Assembly: GCA_001662655.1 (NCBI GenBank) | Contig: KV460210.1 | Direction: 5' to 3' (one strand) | Source: Pseudogymnoascus verrucosus | Taxonomy: Eukaryota | Length of the DNA stretch: 64,000 nucleotides | Part shown: piece after piece, positions 50,776-61,272 of the stretch | Layout of the letters: each line of letters begins with the position of its first letter | Position numbering within the stretch: position 1 is the first letter of the stretch | The notes under the pieces: model-generated | Database searches by the model: none | What the model saw: the letters and a program-made list of their open reading frames with translations, nothing else | Told to the model about the DNA's origin: nothing | Position numbers and translations under genes: made by a program

Positions 50776-51097
50776 GAGTAGAGATGGGGTATATATTATA
50801 AGTTGCTTGACCGAATAAACATTACTACACAATTTTGGACGAGGATTATAGTCGCGTATATACTGACATTCGGCTGCTAGTGAAATCTAACACTGCTCTA
50901 CAAAATCAACGCTATATCCGCATAGGTAAATCTAACATCGATATAAAAAATGCAACGCTGTATCCACGTAGATATTCCCTACTCAAGACATCGATGCACC
51001 AGCTCCAAGATATGGCTCTCGCTCGCTATACCCAAGCTATCCAAACACCCTAACCCAACGCCCTGCTTCAAAGACAAGACAGTAAAAATAAATCAAA

Positions 51098-52885
51098 TCA
51101 CATCCCCTTCCCCACCTTCACCACCCCCGTAACAACCATCGACCCACTCCCCACCTCAACCCTCCACCCCTCCCGAATCAACATCCTACTAACCGCCGGC
51201 CCAACCCTCGCCACTCCCCCCTCACTATGCGTCCCCTTCCCCGTAATAATCTTATACCCCCCATGACCATTCACTCGATCCCCCAATCCCACCCACCACG
51301 ATGTCACCTTCTCCCTCGCGATCCTCACCGCGTCCGCGACGCCAATCCCGTGAAGATCCAGCTGTGACGCAGTCGACTGCCTCGCGGCTGTCGCGTTCGC
51401 AGTAGCAGACGTGGCGCTCTTAGCCTTCGCGCCGTAGTCACGGCCGACAGAGGAGTAGTACGCCGCGGCGCCGCCCATCAGGGGGTCAGACTTGCCTCTT
51501 TTGTAGGCGGCGGCGGCTTGGTTGTAGGCTCCGTTGCTGAGGGCCTTGTAGTCCCTGCCATCTGTGGCGTAAGCAGAGGTCTGTTGCGAGCTTTGCCCAT
51601 TGGCGTAGACTGCGTTGTGGGAGTTTGGCTTCAGCTTGCTCTCTGAGGGGCCGGAGAGGTCGGGGGGTGGAAGGCGGAATTCTAGTTGGATGGGACTCAT
51701 GGGGGATTGTGTACCGCTGCTGTATGGTCGGGATGTGAGAGCCCTGACGAGGTCGCGGGGTGATGAGTGAGCGGAGGTGCATATTTGGACGATGGCTAGG
51801 AGCCTCGTTATTGGGATGGCGGGGTAGTCGTGATTCAGCTCCAAGGCTTTGAGATGCATAGAACTGTCATTATCGTCGAGTCCGAGTTCTTGGTGGGCGT
51901 CGATGATGGCATTGAGTACTGGCGGGACAAGAGTGCCGTGCTTGTGATATAGTGACCCAACCTGCTTGGTTGGCATGCCGGTAAGGTTTGAAATGGTCTC
52001 GACATCGCGTCTGGCGCTCTCCCACTTGCTCTCAGCAACCTCCGGACGCGTGTCAGAAGTCGTCGAGACATAATTTTGCGTTGATGGTTCCTGTCTCTTT
52101 TTCCGATTCCGACCCTTCTTCTTCACGGGTGGGATATCGCTCTCCTCGTAGAACCCATCGACCCCCTGTCGCCGACCAAGGTTTTCTTCAAGGTAAACTT
52201 GGTTCAGCAGCTCTTCCATGGCTTTCTCGGTATCGCTCTTGCACATCTTGAGCGTATGCTTGATATCATACGGCTTCAGGCCTGGGAAAGTCTCCACGAG
52301 CACAGCCTCCTTCGCAGCAAGGTCCATCCCCTTGAACTGGGCATCATAGCTATTAGCCTCGCCCCCCGCGGCTCTATCTTGCGAATTCTGTCGACCCGCA
52401 TCCCTCAAATCCTCCCCCTCGAGACCAAGTGTCGCAAAGCCCTGGCTCAGCGACGTATCATCCGTCGTGCTACTCCAAGCAAACGTGCTATGCCCCTCAC
52501 TGTTATCCTGCGCCACAGCATCCGCCCCATCTCCCACTACCGCACCACTACTCCCACTCGGATCGAACCCCATGGACTCCTCAACTTCAGCATCCTCCGC
52601 CAGCATGTCAAGGCTCTTGCACGCATTCTCTAAGTTTATCGGCAACGAAAGATCGTAATCGTAATCTGACAGGATGGCCAGGAACATCGATTCATCCAAT
52701 GGTGGGCAATAGTGCGGCTGTGCGGATAAACTGTTAGCACAAATTATACGCTTTTTCCACTCCCCTACAAAGCGATCTAGACATACCTTAAGCTCGGCAA
52801 TGCGCCCCTCCTCCCCCATCTGCTCCCAATTTTTGCGCTCCTCCTCCCCCATTTGCGCCCAGCTTTTGTACCTCTCGGGCGCCAT
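51098..52885 (-). CDS. CUE + DUF1771 + Smr domain protein (Cue2-like)
   Basis: CUE-like LVETFPGL...AMEELLN, AAAAYKRG...AAAYY, Smr LDLHGIGV...IITGKGTHS. Probable intron 52718-52786. Confidence 0.85.
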   Translation of the reverse strand: MAPERYKSWAQMGEEERKNWEQMGEEGRIAELKVCLDRFVGEWKKRIICANSLSAQPHYCPPLDESMFLAILSDYDYDLSLPINLENACKSLDMLAEDAEVEESMGFDPSGSSGAVVGDGADAVAQDNSEGHSTFAWSSTTDDTSLSQGFATLGLEGEDLRDAGRQNSQDRAAGGEANSYDAQFKGMDLAAKEAVLVETFPGLKPYDIKHTLKMCKSDTEKAMEELLNQVYLEENLGRRQGVDGFYEESDIPPVKKKGRNRKKRQEPSTQNYVSTTSDTRPEVAESKWESARRDVETISNLTGMPTKQVGSLYHKHGTLVPPVLNAIIDAHQELGLDDNDSSMHLKALELNHDYPAIPITRLLAIVQICTSAHSSPRDLVRALTSRPYSSGTQSPMSPIQLEFRLPPPDLSGPSESKLKPNSHNAVYANGQSSQQTSAYATDGRDYKALSNGAYNQAAAAYKRGKSDPLMGGAAAYYSSVGRDYGAKAKSATSATANATAARQSTASQLDLHGIGVADAVRIAREKVTSWWVGLGDRVNGHGGYKIITGKGTHSEGGVARVGPAVSRMLIREGWRVEVGSGSMVVTGVVKVGKGM

Positions 52886-53957
52886 AGATACAACAAGATT
52901 ATGAATAATCAGAATATTAAACTCGCATATCTAGTCGAAAGGAAGAGAAAGCGGAGATTCGTATGCGTATGTGCGGTCTTCGTAAATAAGGCTGCCGTCC
53001 ATGTTCATGTTATTGTTTATTCTGGGACAGAGTCATTGGTGGGGGTTTGGGTTAGATGCGCCCGCATTATGACATTTTAATGACCAAACGCTAAAAAGGA
53101 CCCTTGCTAGCTGGAGGGGGGAATACGCTAACCTACTCTGTCCAGACAACACCAGTGAGTGAATACTACTGATTTATTACTCATATAGACATGTGTGAGT
53201 ACCGAGACCTTTATCTGCGGCGAAACATCCCGTCAGAGCCGTCGAGAGAATGGATCTCTCGATTTAGAAAATCCTACATCCTTTGTCCGGCAAAATGAGT
53301 GGTTACAGAATGAGCCAAAATCCGACTAGCCATTAAAGGAGGCGGCTGAGACGGATTCATGGTTGTGTAAAGATGAGGTAGACAACGGGATGTTTGAATC
53401 CAGGGGTAATAAGAGCTACACAACAAAGGGGGATGATTCACCAAACACATCCCCCCTCATACACAGCACCAAACATCCCCACCATGCGACAAACCAGTAT
53501 CACATCAAAAACCGATCAATTCCCCTATCTATCTAAGCTAACCCATCCCAACAAACCAGCATCCATCAAATCAGTACATCAACTCCTCATCCTCCCCTCC
53601 CCCCATCCATCGATCCATCCCCAACGCCTAAAACTTCCTTTGATGCTATCTTTCTTGGCGTCCCCTCCTCCTGAAAAAACGGGAACGTCATATCTCATGC
53701 CTATCATATCCGGGGGAAAGGGTTGCAAAAAGAGCTCGATAAATACATATTTCCCATTCATTTCCGAAAAAAACGTCATAAAAAAAAGGAAGTAACGAAG
53801 ATAAAAAGACGTAGCCACACCTCAAACGATTTATGCACATTCTCTTTTTTTGGTGGGATGTCCGCTTAGAAAAGGGGCGCATCATAGAAAGCTGGTAAAA
53901 TTAAGTGGACCCCTCAAACTCGGAGAGGGCCCAAAATTCGGCACTACTTTTGTTCGT

Positions 53958-56900
53958 TTAAGACAGATGGAAAGCACCCTGTCCCTCCTTGATAGCAGTG
54001 TCCATGCGACGCTTCATGACTTCCAGATCGGTATAATCAGGCAGCTTGAGATAGTTGACGCACGTCATAACGCTAGGGAGGTAGTCATCCGAGGTGTAAG
54101 GTGGTTCGCTTGGCTTGCAGACAACAGTGAACAGCGGCGTGAGGTTTTTAAAGCCTGTGCTTTCTGTCAGTAATGAAAAGGGATACACTTCATGTAGGAA
54201 GATACATACCTCCAATAGGAAGCTTCGGGCTACCCGTAGTGAATTGCAAGAAATCACGACGCTGTGTATCGCTCAACTCGCTCATAGTCTGGAGGAGGTT
54301 CTTTACACTCTTGCTGTCCATATTGAAACCGTGGTCGGCCTTGATCGAATCCATCAATGCTGCAATCGTAATTAGTACAGAACAATAATAATATGCATAG
54401 GGGCAAAACATACTCTCCAAAGACCAATCCTCATCTACACGACCAAACAGCATAACCAGCTCGTTCGGGGTAAATGCGCTCAATGCCGAGTACGGGAACA
54501 CCTGCGTGAATCCAGTGCGGAACGCGTCGACCTGTCTCTGTACGCCACTTCCGAGAGTCATATCAATGACCTTCTCGAGATACAGGTCTACATTGTCGAT
54601 AGTGACTGCTGTGTGTGATCCATTGTGAATGAGTTCGATAGTCGAGTACCCAGGCATCGTAAAGTCCAGTCCAAGCTCGTCAATGCGCACACCAGCGACC
54701 AGAATATTCTCAGCAGCAGCGACCTTCTCAGCCGCAGTAAGGCTACCATTCTCATCAACAGCCTTCTTCGCATGCACAAACTTCTTGATCAACTTGAGCG
54801 AAGCCGCCAACTGCGCATCGACGGTCTTGACAGCTCCAAGACTAGGCGTTACGGTTGTAGACTCATCTCCAATTCTGAAAAAGGTAGGATTGAATGAAAC
54901 ATCAATAATACGAGAATCAATCATGGACCTAGCCACAAACTTGCCAAGCATCTTAAACAGGTGCAGGATCTTCTTGCCATTCTCATGCTGTGCCTGCTCC
55001 TCAGACATGGGCGCTGGGAAGAGACCGCGTAGACCAAAGGCATACTCGTCACTATCGTTGCCCTCGGTTTCACGCCACAACTTGAGCTTCTTCTTGGAGA
55101 ACTCCTTAGACACCGTCGAATAAAACTCCAGCGTAGGTCCAAGTCCCGTTCCTACCTCGTCGAAATATTCGACCTCCAGCATGCTCTGGGAGGCACCGTA
55201 GAGCTCCATAACCTTCAAGGCAGACTCGAGAATCTTGGAACGCGAAATGCGAACCTTCTGGCGCTGCAATCGCCCAAGGAATGGCCGCTCGTCTCTATGG
55301 CGATCGCGGCGGGATTCATCCGCAGACTGGGCATTTTGCCAGCGCGTCATGGATCGGGCGTACCCAAACGACGTCGATTGGAGGAACAGATGTCTCGTCT
55401 CGAATGGGAAGAGGAACGGGTACAAATGAGCCAGATCTTCGCTCCAGCTAGGCAGACAATTGCTCGCTACAATAAGCGGCTCTTCAAGCTGGCGATTGAG
55501 CTTCGCGGTGAGCTTCGTGTTGACGAATTGAGACAGGGGCTCGACATTGAGCTTCAGCGTGTCCTTGTTCTCGGCCAAAACGTCATCGATGTTGGCGTTA
55601 AGAGCATGAAGGATGTTCAAAAGCCTCAGAATCGAGGAAGTGGCTGGGTGCTTGTCTAATGAAGCTGGAATTCCAGACGCGGTTGTCTCAGCAGCCTCGT
55701 TTGCCTGTATGAAGGAACTTGGTTCAGCTGGGGGTGGTCCTGCAACACGCTTGAACTTGATCGCGTGGACGCCCGACCAAACGTTGCGGCTTGTCTGCTC
55801 ATCAATATGCCCGGTAGTGCTGTGGACAGCTCTGTAGATTGTAATCTCATTAGAGATAGGCTTGTCGTCGAGGCTAAACTCAATGTGCCAATCCTGAGGG
55901 GTGGCTTGGATTGCCGCAGCATAAGACATCGGTCTGTTTGATTGGGTTGGAGTGGCAGCGGCAGGTGGTGCGGATGTAGCTGGCTGCGCGGAAGATGGGC
56001 CGTGTGCGGCTGCTGAGGCGGACGGTGCTTGTGCAGGCGTGGCTACCTTGGTTCCATCCTCCTTTCTGGCTGTAATCTTTCCACCCACTGCAACCTCGAG
56101 GTTAACAGCTCCAGGATCCTCACCATTGTCCTCCTCCATCTCTTCATTGAGCTCGCCAACAATTGCATCAAGGGCAGCGCTATCATCTATCTCATCGTCT
56201 TCCGAGAGCATTCTCTCATCAGCACACTCAAGGGCACCCTGCAAGCTATCATCATCTTGCTGAGGGGGAGGTGGCGGAGGAGGAGGTTGATCCGTCTGAG
56301 ACTGTCGGCGGCGACTAGAGCGGCGGGCAGACTTTTCTTGCGGGGTTCCAGTTGCTGATTCCGCGGCCGATGCTGGAGTTGCAGTTGGCGCAGTCTTCGA
56401 CTTGTGCCTACGCGAGCTTCTAGAAGCAGCGGGAGGTGGAGGAGGGGCAGCGTGTCCAGCCATGGCAGCAGCAAATTGACGCTCTGCCAGTCTCGAGGCC
56501 GCGCTAGGAGGTCCGTAAGGATTGGCCATGCCCGCTGCGGCAAGAGCTGCAAGCGCACCGCTCAGTCCATCACGATGTCTGGAGCTCCTTGAGCGCTCAG
56601 AGATACTGATGCGAGGGCGCAAGTAGTCGTCAAGGGCCTTGAAAGTTGCAATTGCATGGATAGACACCATAATGTTGCGGTATGCACGAGGGATATCGGA
56701 GTCATCATCCGCAACGAGCTTCAAGCGAATTTGCTTCGCAAGCATAGATGCGGCACTGCTCCTATTGCCATCAAACGTATTCTGGTGAACAGTGACGACC
56801 TCGAAATGCTCAGTACGGCTAAGCAAATCTTGCAGCTTGTGAATGAGAACACTGAACGGTGTGGCTGGAGAGTCCGCAGTCGCCGTCTTCGGCTTTCTGT

Positions 56901-59732
56901 TAACAGTTCGGCCCATAAACACCTCAAGGAACGCCGATCTAGCGTCATTGGCAAGTTCCTCATCAGGGTTATTGAAGACTTCCAAAAGCACACGAACGAC
57001 TTCAGAGTTCAACAGCTCCGCGCTCGTAACACTCTCCAGCACATCACCATCGAAGTACGCAGCCAGTTGGTCAAACAGCTCAACGCCATTCCCAAACTGC
57101 TGGCGGAGGTAGAAATCCTCGATCTTGACTGCCAAATCCTGCAAGTTCGAAAGAATCTTCATCGCCTTCTTCTTCATAATCTTGCTGTTCTTCTCGTTCT
57201 CGTGGACCTCGAGGAACTTCTTGGCTCGCTGCGCAATAAGCTGCTGCATTGTCGTCACCCCCTCGGGCAATGAAGGGCGCTGGCCGTCCAATGACACGCT
57301 GGATGTCCTAGAGCTTCCATTGCTCGCCGATCTATCATCTTGAGGGTCATCCATGTCAACATCATTGTCGCCATCTGAGGAGTTATCGTCCTCATCTCTA
57401 TCATTTGCGACCGCTGGTTCAGCCGGAGCATTGTCCGCGACTGCACTTGTAGCTTCCGCCTCGGCATTCTCAGTAGTTTCACCTGACTCGGGCTTCTTAT
57501 CCTCTCCCTCTACAGGCTCTGCAGACTGAGCAAGTTTGGTAATCTCAGTGATGACGCCCTCGCGGTAGAACTGGTAGCGATACACATCATCCAGACGGGT
57601 AAGGAGCAACTCCGCGGCTTGAAGAGCCGAGTTCACCAAAGTTGGGTGATCCTGCTGAGACAATATAGCAGCCAAGAACGATGCGTATGGCAAAGTTCGA
57701 AGGGCCTCCATAATAATATCTCTATCCAGTGTAGACAACATCTTCAACTGTGCCGTGAGAACCTTCTGGCGAACACTGAGGTTAACTGTGCTCGAGAACG
57801 CATCTGTAAGCGTGGGGAACAGGATGACAGCAAAGCGCTTCAGTTCCTCCTTGCAGCCTTCGAGAAGTTCAATTCGCTTCTCGTTCAGCGACTTCTTCCG
57901 CGACGATGTGCCCGATGGCTCAGAGGCAATCGCAATTTCGAATGCATCATCCATAAACGAAGGCAAGTCTTGCGGCACGCCAGGAAGGAGCTCGCAGATG
58001 ACATTCAATGTCTCAATAACCTGCTCTCGGGGTCTGTGGATCAGAGCCTGCATAATGACAACGCTGTCTAGCTTAGAGGCGACGTCGTGAACGCCATTTG
58101 GTGGTGATACACCCGTCAAAATCTGATATAGCGTCTCAACCACATTCATCTTGAAGAGTTCCGCGGAGAGAGTGGGGCTTGCTTTCGCTGTGAAGGCCAG
58201 AACCCTAAGGAACTGAGTGTGGATGCTTGGACCAATCAAGTTGGTGGTTCCTGGCAGGAGAAGGCGCAGAATAGCTTTCAGGAGATCGCTGCTCACAAGC
58301 TCCTCGAGCTTGGCCGGTTGATATCTGAAACTCTCCACGACTCGAGATACACACAGGGAGCCCTGCTCCACAACCTTCTGATCATTGCTGCTAAGAACGT
58401 TGAGCAAGATAGGCATAACATCGCGAATAACCGGGAACGAATCCTCTGGGATATTTCGGCAACAGTTTGCAGCAGTAGTAACAGCAGTCCTTTGCGTGCT
58501 CGTGGCAAAAAAGTCGAGGTAGGTCAGGCAGGCCGTAAGTCCACCTTCACGAACAATGGAAGCCGGATACTCGACCGAGATCTTCTCCAGAGTGCTCAAA
58601 GCCTGCTCTGCTAAGTCGATATAATGGATTTCGAGGAGTTTCTGACAAAGAATCGGCACCGCACCGCCATATACGACGTTCGCTGTGCTCGCTGGCAGAG
58701 CCTCCATAAGATTGGCAATGCATCGACATGCAAGAAGCATCATCTCCGGATTTTCCTCTCCGAAATCCGAGGGCTGCATCAAGGTCACAAGCTCCTTGAC
58801 AAATGCGTCAGGAGAGAAGTGCCCAGACAGGTTATCTTCCGTAGAAACCAGCAGGATCTCCGACAGCTCTTGAAGTGCGATAAGTTGCATGGAAGGATCT
58901 TCCTTCTGCTTTAGGTTGCTCAGAATCTCGCGCAGCCTTGACGACACACCAGACATCATGCCGCTGAGGGCCCTTAATGTGTTCGAGAGGCCATGTGGTG
59001 GGCCTCCTGGGCCGCCAAACCCTCCAAACGGATCATCATCTTCGTCTTCTTCATTGAATCCGCGCGGCAGATCGTCATTGTCATTATCATCACTGTCATC
59101 TTCGTCGTCGTCATCCTCATCGGCAGGCTCTACATCATTGCCCTCGTTGGGGTCCGTCTCGGCTTCGGCATTTTTGTGTTGCTTCTTCGACTTTCGTGGT
59201 GCGGTTGGTGTTGCCGCAGCTGCAGCTGCCAAATCTAATAAATATTACATTAGTACTGTAGTAGACAATTCCTCGATCTGTGTCACAAACCTGGGTTGCT
59301 CTTCTTGTTCCTATTAGACTTGCGAGTTGCTGAGCTAGCCGCGCTTCCTCCTTCATTCGCTGGGCCAGCAGAGGCTCTACAACCATTGTCAGCATATCAC
59401 ACATACGCCAGCGCAACCACCACCAGTGTCACTAACCCCGGACTCGACATGACAGCTGTAGATTTTCCCTTCCTCTGCCTCGTAGGTGGCGCCGCTGGTG
59501 CAGCCGTAGTCTCCTGTTCCGTCGTCCTCTGTCGTTTCTGGCGTCGTTTCGACTTTGCAGGTTTCGCAGGTTCGGGCTCGGGAAGTGGGCTGGCCTCACG
59601 TTCAGCAGCCTTGCGTTTCCTCGATGGGCGGGTTGTGGGAGGAGGTTGGGATGGCGTGGCAGCACTAGGCGGGGCTAGATCGGAGGCAGTAGCTGCTTGC
59701 CGGGCGGACGCACGAGTGTTTCTGGCAGACAT
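53958..59732 (-). CDS. UFD4: HECT E3 ubiquitin ligase Ufd4/TRIP12 type
   Basis: ARM region (LLACRCIANLMEALP, IDLAEQAL), KLTAKLNRQLEEPL, GRLQRQKVRISR, EVGTGLGPTLEFY, FTTGSPKLP, catalytic LPSVMTCVNYLKLP, GAFHLS*. At least four introns. Start codon uncertain. Confidence 0.94.
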
Positions 59733-59855
59733 GAGTGACTTGTTCTATATTATACCCGACTCTGTTCCCAACTTCCCACGGCTACTGCAGATGGCAGCCC
59801 GTTGGAGGTTGAGGGTGAGCCAAGTGTGATCTGGAGTTGTGGTGTATGGCTTGTG

Positions 59856-59881
59856 GAGAGACAGAGAGAGAGAGAGAGAGA
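59856..59881. repeat. (GA)n microsatellite upstream of UFD4
   Basis: gagagacagagagagagagagagaga. Confidence 0.85.
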
Positions 59882-60556
59882 CTGCCGCGGAGTGTGGCTT
59901 GGGAGAACAAAAGAAGAAGTGGCGAGGGAAGATAAAGATGGCGCGAGTATGTACCTGAGGGTAGAATTGAGAGAGGAAGGGGTCCCAGAATGGAAAGCGT
60001 CAGAAGTCGGTTCGTTCTCGTCAAAAACCGAAGGAGCAACCGATCTCGTGCGCTGCGAATGCGTGCGTTCCTGTGCCATCGATTACGCCATTAGGCGGGA
60101 TAACAAGAAAGATCGTATAATGGGTTAAGTGATGGTAGAGATTTACAATAGAGAGAACATGCAATAAGGTGGGAGAACAAAGGATGCAGGCCCTGAATAA
60201 TGAAGCAGGTGGTGTGAATTTGTTGGGTGAGGGGAGGATGTTTGGGTAGATGCCGAGAGGTTCGTTTGAGGCGAGTTAATGTAAGTGCGGTTATGACAAA
60301 AGTGGTGCACATCAGCCACGTCCGTGTCCCAGATGGCCACCGCACCGCACTCTCTGGTTCCGTCACAGTAGTGGGCCAAGTCACTATTGGCGCTTGCGCT
60401 TGCCGCTTGCCGCTAACTAGCGTTACACTGATGACTGGGGGTTCAGAGGCTTACCCTTGTCTCACAGTGTGCAGGTAGATCGAGCTCGTGATAATGAGCT
60501 CATGTCTTCTATTTAAGCTTTAAGAACACAATTATGCATATATGAACAGACATATG

Positions 60557-60825
60557 AAGTGGCAAGAAGGATATATTAAACAGGGGCACAGACAAAGGGG
60601 CACGGAAGGCTCCCCATTATACTTCACACAATCACATTATAACACCCACAGAACAGCTCCTGTCTCCTATTTCAGCATCAAGTAGATAATTATACAGATA
60701 TTAACAGAAATACAAAGTGGCAAGAGGCACATATGTACAGGCACAGACACAGGGGCACATAAGCTCCCCATTACACATCACACAATCACATTGTCAACCT
60801 CAGAGTAGAAACAGCTCATGTCACA
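60557..60825. repeat. Imperfect direct duplication, about 110-bp copies about 158 bp apart
   Basis: aagtggcaaga...ggcacagacaaaggggcac...gctccccattatacttcacacaatcacatt...aacagctcctgtc at 60557 recurs with substitutions from about 60715. Confidence 0.8.
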
Positions 60826-61096
60826 ACAAAAATCCTTTAACATTGCATCAGAATCGAAGGTGTTCTACTACGAACGTGGTATCTCATATCCTAATACTCT
60901 ACTGTACATACTGTACAGTCCAGTCCACCTTTTGGAATTATGCAAACCCGAAATATCCCGCCTCCTGCGGGAATGTCTCGCCATGTCTCACCTCCCCTCT
61001 CGGTGGGTATAACTCAAATGGACGACAAAGGCGCTGCCGCTAATAAAATCGCGCCTGAATATGAAAATGTTGGTGTAAAGTTTGGGGGGGGGGGGT

Positions 61097-61260
61097 GGTG
61101 AAAGTTGGGATGAAAAGTTAGAGCGAAAGTTGGGAGTGGAAGCTGGAGTTAAAGTTGGGTAATAAGCTGGTGCGAAAGCTTGTGTGTAAAAGTTGGAGGT
61201 GAAAGTAGATGTGAAAGCTGGGGCGAAAGATGGTGGTGTGTGAATGTTGATGTGAAATGC
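61097..61260. repeat. Degenerate 11-13 bp tandem repeat (gtgaaagttgg-like)
   Basis: gtgaaagttggg, atgaaaagttag, gcgaaagttggg, gtggaagctgga, gttaaagttggg, gcgaaagcttg, gtaaaagttgga, gtgaaagctggg, just after a G14 run. Confidence 0.7.
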
Positions 61261-61272
61261 CTGGCCGGGTTA

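Noticed and set aside
32224..52885. HBS1 and a Cue2-like nuclease gene as a no-go-decay cluster
   Set aside because: They are 16 kb apart with six unrelated genes between them; chance is sufficient.
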